Below, in pieces: positions 19,201 through 27,677 of a stretch of DNA of 64,000 bases (positions are counted from its first letter, which is position 1; each line of letters opens with the position of its first letter). The stretch is from NCBI GenBank assembly GCA_965247115.1, contig CBDFGR010000003.1, positions 451,867 through 515,866 of the forward strand, read 5' to 3'. The notes under the pieces are model-generated. The model worked only from the letters and a program-made list of their open reading frames with translations, was not told the origin of the DNA and searched no databases. This DNA comes from Myxococcota bacterium. GTDB taxonomy: Bacteria > Myxococcota_A > UBA9160 > SZUA-336. A program made the position numbers and the translations under genes.

Positions 19201-20666
19201 GCTCCCGTCCCGCGCTCGTAGATGTGAAGGACGGACTCGCCGAGCGTCTGGTCGAGATCCTGCGAGTGCCCGTAACGCGTTCCGAGGCCGTTCAGATTGG
19301 CACTCTGCGCGATCTCGGGAACCGCTACGGCCGCGCGGTCGCCTTCGACCTGATAGATCGGGCCGTCATCGAGCGCGACGCCCAGGGACATGAGCTGCAT
19401 CCCGGCGGCGGTGGAATCCCAGACGTGCAGGACATTGTCGTCGGTATCCAGATCCCCGTTGTGGTTCGTGCCCGCGGGGCCCTCGTCAGATTCGAGAACC
19501 TCAAAGACCACGAGCCCTGTCGCCGAAACCGAGAAAGGCTGGCGGGCCAGATTCTGGTTGGAGTTCCGCCCCACGTTGGCGAGCATCCCGGTCGAGCTAT
19601 CGAACACTTGAAGAACGTTGTCGAGCTGGTCCCCGTCGCCGTTCAGATCCGCGTTCGCCTTGGCGGGGGACTCCGAGGCCAGAAAAGCCACAACCTCTCC
19701 GCCCACGTCGTACTGAATTCCCTCCATACCAAGGTTTGTAGTCAGACCTGTCCGCGCATCGAAGACGTGGAGGATGTTGTCGAGTAGTCCGCTCGGCACT
19801 TCGAAAGCCACGACACCGAGCTCCGACAACGACAAGGCAGGCAGCGACGTACCGCTCCGCGTCCTCGTCGCGGCAATCCCGACGTTCATCCGCTGGTCCA
19901 GGGGCATGGAGAGGTCGTACACCTGCGGCACCAGATCGTCCGTGTCCCCGTCAGGGTTCAGGAACGTGTCGTCGTTCGCCTCCGATCTCAAGGTCACCAG
20001 GAAGTTCCCAGCCGCGCGCATCTCGCTGGCGTCGACGCCGGCATTGGTAACGATGTTTCTTGTGGGATCCGCGGGATCAGGACCGTAGACGTGAAGGACG
20101 TTGTCTACGGTATCCCCGTCCCCATTCAGATCGAGCCCCCCCTGGCCGGACTCCGAGACCGAGAAGACGACTCGGTCGTTCGCGAGCTGATACCTGTGGA
20201 GGGCGAGGCGGAGGTTTGTCGTGCGTCGAGTTGCGGGATGGAAGACGTGAAGGACTCGATCATCGGTATCCCCATCCCCGTTGAGGTCATTCCCTACACC
20301 GACGGGACCCTGGTCCATTTCGTAAACGGCAAACGCGGCGACGGTCGGTCCAACCAGGTAGCTGTCGATCAGGGTACTGTTGACCGGGGGCACCGACACC
20401 AGCGCCCTCGGCGAAATACGCAAGTTCAGCTTGGTGTCGCGCAGAAACGCGTACGCAACGTTGTCTGCGGAGTCACCGTCGCCGTTCAGGTCCGTGGAGG
20501 GGAAGTCGTCTTCACTGACGAGAAACACGACCAGATCGTCCGTGATCTTGAAGTCGGTGCTCTCCAGGCCGAGGCTCACTCCGACGGCAGACCGCGCTTC
20601 TGGAACAAAGCACAGCCAGAGCGCAAGCGCGCAGAGGGTGACTCGCCCGGAAACAAGAGAGCGCAC
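16257..20666 (-). CDS. Giant secreted Ca-binding repeat protein with N-terminal FG-GAP-like 'DLNGDGD' repeats, multiple TSP3 repeats and a basic His/Arg-rich C-terminal tail.
   Basis: Signal peptide MRSLVSGRVTLCALALWLCFVPEARSA. More than 8 DLNGDGD(T/S)xDNVLHV units. More than 20 TSP3-like units such as DTDGDGEGDACDADDDGDLVDDLVDNCPLDSNANQ. Two duplicated ~150-aa modules (GDLVADATISITRG.../GDLVAGATISVSSG...). Tail HSQHRKLRHVRAHLRRVVKRLPPHVRVHVRRIFHRHAPHLRAHLLKVHKHVVHKKVERHK. Confidence 0.8.
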   Translation of the reverse strand: MRSLVSGRVTLCALALWLCFVPEARSAVGVSLGLESTDFKITDDLVVFLVSEDDFPSTDLNGDGDSADNVAYAFLRDTKLNLRISPRALVSVPPVNSTLIDSYLVGPTVAAFAVYEMDQGPVGVGNDLNGDGDTDDRVLHVFHPATRRTTNLRLALHRYQLANDRVVFSVSESGQGGLDLNGDGDTVDNVLHVYGPDPADPTRNIVTNAGVDASEMRAAGNFLVTLRSEANDDTFLNPDGDTDDLVPQVYDLSMPLDQRMNVGIAATRTRSGTSLPALSLSELGVVAFEVPSGLLDNILHVFDARTGLTTNLGMEGIQYDVGGEVVAFLASESPAKANADLNGDGDQLDNVLQVFDSSTGMLANVGRNSNQNLARQPFSVSATGLVVFEVLESDEGPAGTNHNGDLDTDDNVLHVWDSTAAGMQLMSLGVALDDGPIYQVEGDRAAVAVPEIAQSANLNGLGTRYGHSQDLDQTLGESVLHIYERGTGALENMGIAASELRFKGGLVSFLVNEEHQGPTDLLLDGSLNGLDGFDGLDGDRSDNVVHVIDAATFDLENLMVASAPLGSGFEAASKLSASALVFNVNEGQQGEDLNSDGDEIDSSLQIAHQGLDYFLPGALPGDDDGDGVLDGAPDNDNCPSTPNATQLDTDGDGEGDACDADDDGDLVDDLVDNCPLDSNANQADTDFDSIGDACTPDTDSDGIEDAFDNCPLDANASQTDTNGDGLGDACDDDQDGVSNALDNCSNTPNAAQLDADGDGVGDACELPDGDGDGIPDGVDNCPVDSNALQSDVDGDSAGDVCDACPSDAADACTAGSAREIDANVGGTVSLPGDVSLRVGAGDLVADATISITRGVAGGVVDLSDLPNPVPGLGLLIASYDLQPDGLQFTNAASLTVFPDIFSLGLSFAQEQALGLYQFDVGANAFVPLDGFCFEDEAGLVCEASVSGFSRFALLAPADTDGDGVFDLFAPVEDNCPDDPNPGQEDADSNGVGDACEGEADADGDGVPDAGDNCVDVVNPAQSDLDGDLVGDVCDPCPGDDLDTCDPNGQGAAEIPPGAVGQVTADGFLLDVEAGDLVAGATISVSSGAAGGVVDLMLSPTLALGLQVAVYDLQPDGLIFDAPVKVTIVADVTALHPSQRASLALYQPIGEDGSSFEAVPGSMCELVEDEAGVLATCMAEVTHFSAISMIAGADADGDGVYDLFDAQVDNCPNTPNPDQADFDGDKLGDVCDDSDADGVVDAVDNCRDLANPDQANVDGDSLGDVCDDSDGDSVVDAGDNCPDDPNADQTDTDGDKLGDACDPDDDGDGTDDVADTCPLVPNPDQRDFDGDGAGDPCDDDDDGDGIADGADLCADTPLSETQKEGTGCSRDQLCALLRENPELSVPGAARAVCDKPKHSQHRKLRHVRAHLRRVVKRLPPHVRVHVRRIFHRHAPHLRAHLLKVHKHVVHKKVERHKVSWQRGRKWLCRR

Positions 20667-21000
20667 GCGGAGATCTTATCAGATAATCCCGCGCTCTTCG
20701 GCCCTACTGAAACCTACGCCGAATTGTGACGATGTTGTCTTGCGGCCAACGTGCACAAGACGGTGCATCTTCTCGATGTCTCGCGCCATCCATGCGCCTT
20801 CGATGACGTAGCGTTCGGGTGGACACCGAGTCGCGGCAGCTGCGGCAACAAACGCGCAACTGCGACCACGCCAACCGATGCCGGGGCAGCGGTTCTTGTT
20901 GACATGTGCGCCACGCCCTCAATTCGTAAAAGGGCAAGCGGATCCGGTCGATAGAGGAACTGGCTGCGTCTATGGCTCCATGGGGTGAGCGGAAGGCCGG

Positions 21001-23028
21001 ATGATTCTGCCAGTCGGCCAGAGCGAGGTTCTGCGTGTGCCCTGGATCACCGGGTGGGTGATCCTTGCGTGCCTCGCGGTGTTCCTGGTCGATGACAGCG
21101 AGCTCGCCGTGCCCGCGTCGCCCGTACCGGAGCAGCTGGCGGAGGCAACGGAGTACTGGCGCGAGCACGCGTACCTCGAAGTCGAGCCGGAGATCCTGCT
21201 CGAGGTCGGGCGCGGCAAGTCCGCCGAAGAGCGGCGCGAGCTCGTACAGGAGCTGCGCTACGAGTCGTACCAGCGCTGGCCAAATGACGAGGAGATGCGG
21301 CGCGCGCAGCAAGAGGTGCTGGACTTCCTGGCCTCCCAGGCGCTGGGAAGGCTGGAGCAAGCGCCGAGCGCCCCGAGCATCTTCACGCGCTGGGGTCTGG
21401 TTCCGGCGGAGCCAAAGGCGCTGGCCTTTCTCACGCACCCGTTCCTGCACGCGACCTGGCTGCAGCTGCTGGCCAACCTGCTGATCCTGTTTCTGGCGGG
21501 CGCCGCGCTCGAGGAGCGCTGGGGACCGCTGCTCGCCCTGCTCTTGCCGATCTGCGCGGCTGCCTCTGGCGCTGTCGCGCTGCTGGTCTCGCTGGGGTCG
21601 ACGCTCCCGCTCTTCGGCGCGGCCGGCATGTCCGCCGGCCTCGTGGGCGCAGCGCTCACCCGCTATCGCCTGCAGAAGATCCGCTGCTACTACCTGCTCG
21701 GGGTCGATCGCAAGGGACCGATCCACGGCAGCTTCAGGCTGCCTGCGGTCGCGCTGCTGCTACCGCTCTGGCTGGTAGGCGCTGCCGGGCAGGCCTGGCT
21801 GCCAGGACTCAAGCTTGGCGCACTCTACGCGGCTCAACTGACCGGATTCGTCGTGGGAGCGGGGACGGCATTCCTGGTCGCGCGCCTGGACCTCGAGGAG
21901 CGGCTCGGCTTTCTGTGGCTTCGGGCATGGTGGGATCGGCAGCGGCTCGAGCGGGCGAGCCGACGCAAGGCAAAGCAAGAGGCGACTCGCGAGGGCGCGT
22001 CCGAGGTCGCGGCGCAGGAGCCAGAGACAACGTCCGAGCTGGATCAGCTGAAGGCCAGCGCCGAGGGCAACCCTGGAGATCCGGAGGTCGGGCGTACCTT
22101 CTGGGAGGCTGCACGCTCCGCAGGGCAGGCCGACCTGGCGGCTCCCCAGATGCTGCGCCTGGTGCACCACCACGTGAATCGTGGAGAGGACCAGGAGGCG
22201 GCGCGTACCTGGATCGAGGTCACGACGGAAGTGCCGCGAGCCCTCGCCTACCCGACGCTGCTCGTCAGGCTCTGCCCGGCGCTGATCGAGCTGGGAGAGC
22301 GGGACCAGGCCCAACGAGCACTCCGCCAGGCCATCGATCCGCGCAACCGGGGCCTGACCCTCCCGAACGTGATGCGCGCCCTCCGCTATGCCAAGGAGCT
22401 CGACCCGGCGCTCTGCGTGGCTGCGGCGAAGAGAGCCCTCGAGATGCCCGACGTGCCGGCCGACCAGCGCGCCTCCCTCAGGGAGCTGATCGACGCCGGG
22501 CAGTTGGCGCCGCCGGCGGCACCCGGCCCACCGACCCCGGCGATCGGGGTGGAAAGCCAGGCCCCGCCAGCCGCCGCGGACTCTTCGGCAGGCGGACCGC
22601 GTTTCAGCGGCGTGAAGATCGTGGAGGGGACGCCTGCGCGTCTGAGCCGCGCCGGACTCTTCATAGAGGTTGCGGCGGGTCGGATGATCGAGCTCAAGTA
22701 CGCCAGGGTCGAAGCTCTCGCGGCGGCCATGGTCGTGCGCAGTCTCGGGCAGAGCCCGGAGGTGGTGATCGACCTGGCACTGAACTGGAGCCACGTGGGA
22801 GACGAGGCGCTGCGCATCGTTCGCCTGCGCAGCGACGGCTTCGACCCCCGCACCCTGATCTCTGACGAGGAGAGCCTGGAGGATGCCTACCGGGGCCTGC
22901 TCGACAAGCTCCTCACCCTGACGCGGGCGATCCCCCTGCCCGACGAGGAGTCCGCGCGCGGCCGACCGATGCGCGTGTTCTCGGACCTGGAGACCTATCA
23001 GCGCGAGGTGCTCGAAGTCGCAGGCTGA
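21001..23028 (+). CDS. Rhomboid-family intramembrane protease-like protein with a ~350-aa C-terminal soluble extension.
   Basis: Multi-TM core with GAAGMSAGLVGA (rhomboid GxSG-like) and later helices, then a hydrophilic Ala/Leu-rich extension. Confidence 0.5.
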   Translation: MILPVGQSEVLRVPWITGWVILACLAVFLVDDSELAVPASPVPEQLAEATEYWREHAYLEVEPEILLEVGRGKSAEERRELVQELRYESYQRWPNDEEMRRAQQEVLDFLASQALGRLEQAPSAPSIFTRWGLVPAEPKALAFLTHPFLHATWLQLLANLLILFLAGAALEERWGPLLALLLPICAAASGAVALLVSLGSTLPLFGAAGMSAGLVGAALTRYRLQKIRCYYLLGVDRKGPIHGSFRLPAVALLLPLWLVGAAGQAWLPGLKLGALYAAQLTGFVVGAGTAFLVARLDLEERLGFLWLRAWWDRQRLERASRRKAKQEATREGASEVAAQEPETTSELDQLKASAEGNPGDPEVGRTFWEAARSAGQADLAAPQMLRLVHHHVNRGEDQEAARTWIEVTTEVPRALAYPTLLVRLCPALIELGERDQAQRALRQAIDPRNRGLTLPNVMRALRYAKELDPALCVAAAKRALEMPDVPADQRASLRELIDAGQLAPPAAPGPPTPAIGVESQAPPAAADSSAGGPRFSGVKIVEGTPARLSRAGLFIEVAAGRMIELKYARVEALAAAMVVRSLGQSPEVVIDLALNWSHVGDEALRIVRLRSDGFDPRTLISDEESLEDAYRGLLDKLLTLTRAIPLPDEESARGRPMRVFSDLETYQREVLEVAG

Positions 23029-24131
23029 GCCGCGCCCGGCTCAGCACCGAACACTCGCCTGAATTGTCGGATCACCGGGAGCTGGTCGAGCCACGCGGAG
23101 GTGTCCACGCGGAACGCGTCGATCTCGCTCGGGACGCCGGCGAAGCCGGGCGGGACCTGGCTGTGCAGCGTCGGCGAGTGCGCGTCCTCGTCGACGAAGT
23201 GGTACTCGTAGCCCGGGATGAGTAGCTCGTCGGCCACGACGGCGTCGATCGTGCGGACTCCGTAGCTCATGATCTGCGTCGTCGTGGCCTGGCAGGACGC
23301 GATCCACACCTGTCGCGGCCCGGCGATGAACAGATACTGCGCCCGCCGGTTGCGGGATACGATCCGGTATCGCTCGAGTCGCCCGCCGTAGAGGCTGCTC
23401 GTGCTCTTGCCCCGCTCGACCACGCCGCGGGCGAAGTCGGGCTCGAAGCCGCGTGTGAAGCGTAGCGACGTGGGGTCGTTCTTGCGGGTGAATCTCGCGA
23501 TTGCTTGCCCGCGGTTCACCAGGTTGCGCGGGTTGGCCGCGGCACGACGGCGCGGCGCCGTGAAGTCGCGGTAGGGCTCGATCCGGTCATTCGGACCGCG
23601 CCGCAGCACGAGCCCGACGGCAGCGTCGTCGTACCGGATGCGCCGCGCTCTGCGGCTCAGCGTCTCGAGGGCGGTCTGGATCTCGAGCGGGAGGTCTGTG
23701 GTGCCCTCGTCCGATCCCACGCGCGCTTCTCCGTTCTCGACGACGGTCTTCACGTCCCCCTTGCCGATCCAGTTCTCCTCGTCGGAACGGACGTAGTGGG
23801 AGGCAGAGCGCCAGGTCAGCGACAGATCCTTGTAGAAGATGCGCGGGTAGATCCGTGCTTCGCCGTCGAGCCTGACGTAGCCCACGTAGAAGCGGATATC
23901 CTCGTTTTGACGCGGGTTGGTCAGGTAGTAGGTGGCGTCGAACAGCTCGAGCTTGTGCTTCGGCGTGTAGCCGCGCTTAAGCAGCACCTGCGGTCGGCTG
24001 CGCGCTGAGCCGGCCGCGACGAGCCGCGCGCCGCTCGCGACGGCGTGCTCGAACTCGCGGGCCACCCGCGCGGAGCTTCCGTTCCAGGGTGCAACGCTCG
24101 GGACGACGCGGCTCAGGATGCGATCGCTCAT
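22998..24131 (-). CDS. Hypothetical protein (no recognisable domain).
   Basis: 377-aa ORF with protein-like composition (mixed K/E/Y/F/I content unlike the antisense artefacts). Confidence 0.4.
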   Translation of the reverse strand: MSDRILSRVVPSVAPWNGSSARVAREFEHAVASGARLVAAGSARSRPQVLLKRGYTPKHKLELFDATYYLTNPRQNEDIRFYVGYVRLDGEARIYPRIFYKDLSLTWRSASHYVRSDEENWIGKGDVKTVVENGEARVGSDEGTTDLPLEIQTALETLSRRARRIRYDDAAVGLVLRRGPNDRIEPYRDFTAPRRRAAANPRNLVNRGQAIARFTRKNDPTSLRFTRGFEPDFARGVVERGKSTSSLYGGRLERYRIVSRNRRAQYLFIAGPRQVWIASCQATTTQIMSYGVRTIDAVVADELLIPGYEYHFVDEDAHSPTLHSQVPPGFAGVPSEIDAFRVDTSAWLDQLPVIRQFRRVFGAEPGAAQPATSSTSR

Positions 24132-24211
24132 GGATCTTCCGTCCGGCCCCCGGCTCGACCGGTTCGCAGGATTAGTGAGAGACTCGAGCGCAAGTGCAAG
24201 AGGAGCGAGAG

Positions 24212-24819
24212 ATGCCAGAGTACTGCAAGACCGCCACGGACGGCCGGATCCTCACGGTCACGCTGAATCGGCCCCAGGTGTTGAATGCGCTGCACGCGCC
24301 GGCACACGTCGAGCTGACGATCCCAAACCGATCATTGCGGCCGTGAACGGCATCGCCATGGGCGGCGGCTTCGAGATTGCCCTCGCCTGCGACCTGATTG
24401 TCGCCGCGGAGAGCGCGGTGTTCGCGCTGCCCGAGCCGCGCGTGGGGCTGGCCGCGCTCGCGGGTGGGCTGCAGCGCCTGCCGCGTCAGATTCCGCTGAA
24501 GCAGGCGATGGGCATGATCCTGACGGGTCGACGAGTGGGGGCCGCGGAGGCCCTCCAGCTCGGCATCGCCACCGACGTGGTACCCGACGATCAGCTGATG
24601 AAGACCGCGCGAAGCTGGGCTTTACAGATCCTGGAGTGCGCCCCGCGCTCGGTGCGCGCGAGCAAGCAAGCTGTGATGCAGGGGCTCGACAAGGCCTCGC
24701 TGCAGCAAGCCATGGAGGCCACGTTCGAGCAGGTCGACCTGATGCGCGAGCATGCCGACTACGTCGAGGGACCCAAGGCCTTCGCCGAGAAGCGCGCGCC
24801 GAACTGGACCGGCTGGTAA
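24212..24819 (+). pseudogene. Enoyl-CoA hydratase/isomerase-family gene disrupted by an internal deletion and frameshift.
   Basis: A good SD (AGGAGCGAGAG) and ATG at 24212 give a crotonase N-terminus MPEYCKTATDGRILTVTLNRPQVLNALHAPAHVEL. The frame then hits a stop after TIPNRSLRP. The remainder of the crotonase fold (DDPKPIIAAVNGIAMGGGFEIALACDLIVAAE...KRAPNWTGW) continues in the -1 frame from ~24315. The ~65 residues that normally separate these segments are absent. Confidence 0.6.
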
Positions 24820-24823
24820 GCGC

Positions 24824-25633
24824 TCAGTTCCCGTGGAAGTCGGGCTCGCGGCGCTCCGCCGTCGCGCGCACTCCCTCGCGGAAGTCGTTCGTCTTGCGCA
24901 GCCAGTCCTGCTCGACGAGCTCGTGATCGGTGGCGATCCGGATCCTGTCGGCAAGACCCAGACGCAGCGTGCGGCGAATGGAGCGAACGGCAAGCGGCGC
25001 CGAGCCAGCGATCTCCTCGGCGAGCTCCGTTGCCCTGGGCCGCAGCTCGTCCATCGGTACCAGGTGGTCGCACAGACCGAGCTGGTAGGCTTCCTCACCC
25101 TTTACCCGCCGACCGGTGAGCAGCATGTTGGCGGCGGCTTGCTTGCCGATCAGCTCGGGCAAGGTCACCGTCAAGCCGAAGCCATGGTGAAAGCCGAGAC
25201 GCGCGAAGTTCGAGCTGAAGCGCGCCTCGGGACAGGCCACGCGAAAGTCCGGCACCAGCGCAAGCCCGAAGCCCCCGCCGATCGCGGCACCCTGGATGGC
25301 GGCCACGACAGGCGTCTCGGTCTCGAACAGGCGTACAGCCTCCTGGTACAGGTGACCGCTGCCCTGGCGCCCCGGACCGGGCTCCGCAGCGTCGGCGTTC
25401 GCTCCCCCCGAGTCTCCGCCGCCGAGCTGGGCCCCCGCGCAGAAGGAGCGGCCCTTGGAGGCCAGCACGATCGCGCGGCAGCTCTCCTCGGCGTCGAGCG
25501 CGCGGAAGGCATCGACCAGTGAGCGAATCAGGTTCACGTCGAAGTAGTTGTGTGGCGGCCGCTGGATCTCGACCGTGGCCACGTGGCCCTTCAGGTCGAC
25601 GGCGACGTCGGCGAACTTTCCGAAGTTGCTCAT
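24824..25633 (-). CDS. Enoyl-CoA hydratase/isomerase-family protein (intact).
   Basis: ATVEIQRPPHNYFDVNLIRSL..., oxyanion-hole region FCAGAQLGG...VVAAIQGAAIGGGFGLALVPDFRV; 269 aa. Confidence 0.85.
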   Translation of the reverse strand: MSNFGKFADVAVDLKGHVATVEIQRPPHNYFDVNLIRSLVDAFRALDAEESCRAIVLASKGRSFCAGAQLGGGDSGGANADAAEPGPGRQGSGHLYQEAVRLFETETPVVAAIQGAAIGGGFGLALVPDFRVACPEARFSSNFARLGFHHGFGLTVTLPELIGKQAAANMLLTGRRVKGEEAYQLGLCDHLVPMDELRPRATELAEEIAGSAPLAVRSIRRTLRLGLADRIRIATDHELVEQDWLRKTNDFREGVRATAERREPDFHGN

Positions 25634-25729
25634 CTCTGCTCCCCTCGTGACTCGGCCACCCTAGGGCCGGCGCGGCGTCTTTACAAGCTCGACGACTCGC
25701 GGCGACAATCCCCCCTGGGAGGCGTACCC

Positions 25730-26218
25730 ATGAGACTCGAAGGCTCGTGCCACTGCGGAGGCGTTCGCTTCCGCCTGAGCTCGGAACATCCCTATCCCTT
25801 CATGCTCTGCTACTGCTCGATCTGTCGCAAAACGGCGGGCGGCGGCGGCTACGCGATCAACCTGAGCGGCGACTTCGGCACGCTGGAGGTGGAGGGACGC
25901 GAGCAGCTCCGGATATACCACGCGCTGATTCCCGATCCCGACGGCACGAAGCTCCGCGAGAGTCCCGCGGAGCGCAGCTTCTGCGGGACGTGCGGGAGTG
26001 CGCTCTGGCTCTGGGATCCGCGCTGGCCGGAGCTGGTCCACCCCCTTGCGTCGGCGATCGACACGGAGCTGCCACGACCGCCCGAGCGAACCCACCTGAT
26101 GCTCGAATCGAAGCCGTCCTGGGCCGAGCTGCACACCACCCCGAAGGACAAGCAGTTCCGCAGCTATCCCGAGGAGTCGATCGCCGAGTGGCACGAGCGC
26201 CTGGGTCTTTTGCGCTAG
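25730..26218 (+). CDS. GFA-family protein (glutathione-dependent formaldehyde-activating / CENP-V-like Zn-binding domain).
   Basis: MRLEGSCHCGGVRF...CYCSICRK...CGTCGSALW Cys pattern of the GFA domain; SD GGGAGG upstream of the ATG at 25730. Confidence 0.8.
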   Translation: MRLEGSCHCGGVRFRLSSEHPYPFMLCYCSICRKTAGGGGYAINLSGDFGTLEVEGREQLRIYHALIPDPDGTKLRESPAERSFCGTCGSALWLWDPRWPELVHPLASAIDTELPRPPERTHLMLESKPSWAELHTTPKDKQFRSYPEESIAEWHERLGLLR

Positions 26219-26229
26219 ACGAGTACCGC

Positions 26230-26988
26230 TCAGGCTCGTGGAACGTGGTCCCGCTCGAGCGACTCTGCGAGCTCGCGAGTCTCGTCCAAGAGCGAGCCGG
26301 GCACGAGCTCGTACCGCTCCCCGAACTCGTCGAGGATCGCGCGTTCGACGCGCTCGGGGTCCAGAGCTCCGAGCTCGTCCTCCAGGCTGCCAACGCTGGC
26401 CGGCTCCCAGTCCAGAGCGAGCGCATCGTAGACGGGCACGAGTACCTCGCGGATCGCTTTGCTGTGCCCGACGACGACCACGCCACCCACGTGTGTCGCC
26501 CCGCGGATCACGCGCTGGCCGACACCCATGAGCTTGCGCGCTCCCCGCGCGTTCACGCTGTGCGCGCCCGGACAGTACTCGCCGGGAACCTCACCCACCC
26601 GAGCGTCGACGCCGAGGTTCCGAAACGCGGCGACCATGATGTCCGCCAGCTCCGCGAAGTACCGCTCGACGTGCTCGCGCACCCTGGGATCGGGGATCGC
26701 CCACGCGAAGGACAGCGTCCTCTCGTGAAAGACGGCGGCACGCCCTCCAGCAAGCCGCTGGATGGCGGCGAAGCCCTGCAAGCGAGCTTCCCGTACGGCC
26801 CGCGCGTAGCCGGGGGCGATCGCATCGCGGCGCCCGAACGCCACGATGGCATCGGGCCGGTAGAGTCTCAGGCTCTCGGGCTCCGCGCGGAGCGCGACCT
26901 GCTGAAGCGTCGCCCGCGACACGGCTGCGTCGAAGGCGGCGCGCCCGGGATGGGCATCGCGCAGCAGCCGGATGCGACGTCGCTGCAT
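26230..26988 (-). CDS. Biotin/lipoate A/B protein ligase-family protein (LplA/LipB-like).
   Basis: Overall BPL_LplA_LipB-like pattern (AVFHERTLSFAWAIPD..., ...GVGQRVIRGATHVGGVVVV...); 252 aa. Confidence 0.6.
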   Translation of the reverse strand: MQRRRIRLLRDAHPGRAAFDAAVSRATLQQVALRAEPESLRLYRPDAIVAFGRRDAIAPGYARAVREARLQGFAAIQRLAGGRAAVFHERTLSFAWAIPDPRVREHVERYFAELADIMVAAFRNLGVDARVGEVPGEYCPGAHSVNARGARKLMGVGQRVIRGATHVGGVVVVGHSKAIREVLVPVYDALALDWEPASVGSLEDELGALDPERVERAILDEFGERYELVPGSLLDETRELAESLERDHVPRA

Positions 26989-27043
26989 CGTGGCAGTATA
27001 CGCAGGTTGCCCTGCCGGCCCGCTTGCTGAAAGAATCCACGCG

Positions 27044-27625
27044 ATGCTGCAAAGGGTGGTGATCCATTACGACTTTGCGTCGAGTCTCTGCTACGTGGCG
27101 CACCGCGTGATGGAGAGAATGGGCCCGGTGCTGGTGGAGCTGGGGCTCGAGCTGCGCTGGAGACCGCTCGACCTGACCATGCTGAGCCACTGGCGGCGCG
27201 GTGACGAGATGAGCGACCTCGCCCGCTCGAACACCGCGCGCGTCGCCCGCGAGCTCGACGTACCGCTGCGGATCCCGGGCCGCTGGATGGACTCCCGGGC
27301 CGCAATGGCCGTCGCGCTGCGACTCGGCGGGAGCGAACGGGAGCCCACCTGGCGAGAGCGCGTGTGGAGCGCCGTGTACGAGGAGGGTCTGGACCTCGAC
27401 GAGGAACGGACCGCCGAGCGCCTCGCGCAGGAGCTCGATCTCGACCTCGACTCGCTGCTCGACGCGCGGGCACTCGAGGCCGTCGAGGTCGAGACGTTGC
27501 TGGCAACCGAGGCGAACGTGAGTGGCGTGCCCACCTTCATGCTTGGGGAGTGGCCCCTCGGCGGCATCCAGGACGAGCAGACGATGCGCTCTGTCTTCCG
27601 CCGCTACGCGGCAACGCGGGGGTGA
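27044..27625 (+). CDS. DsbA-like thioredoxin-fold protein (FrnE/HCCA-isomerase-like) with SxxC in place of CxxC.
   Basis: VVIHYDFASSLCYVAHRV at the DsbA-family motif position (compare IDxWxDxxCPWCYIG); C-terminal GVPTFMLGEW typical of the family. Confidence 0.6.
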   Translation: MLQRVVIHYDFASSLCYVAHRVMERMGPVLVELGLELRWRPLDLTMLSHWRRGDEMSDLARSNTARVARELDVPLRIPGRWMDSRAAMAVALRLGGSEREPTWRERVWSAVYEEGLDLDEERTAERLAQELDLDLDSLLDARALEAVEVETLLATEANVSGVPTFMLGEWPLGGIQDEQTMRSVFRRYAATRG

Positions 27626-27677
27626 AGCCGATCACGATTCGGATCCCGCGGGGCTTCTTGCGCCTGCCGCTGCACTT

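Noticed and set aside
24118-24211. 5' extension of the annotated 24118..24819 ORF
   Set aside because: The N-terminal ~65 codons of that frame are Arg/Ser-rich junk. The genuine crotonase N-terminus with a strong SD is in another frame starting at 24212, making this a frameshifted pseudogene.
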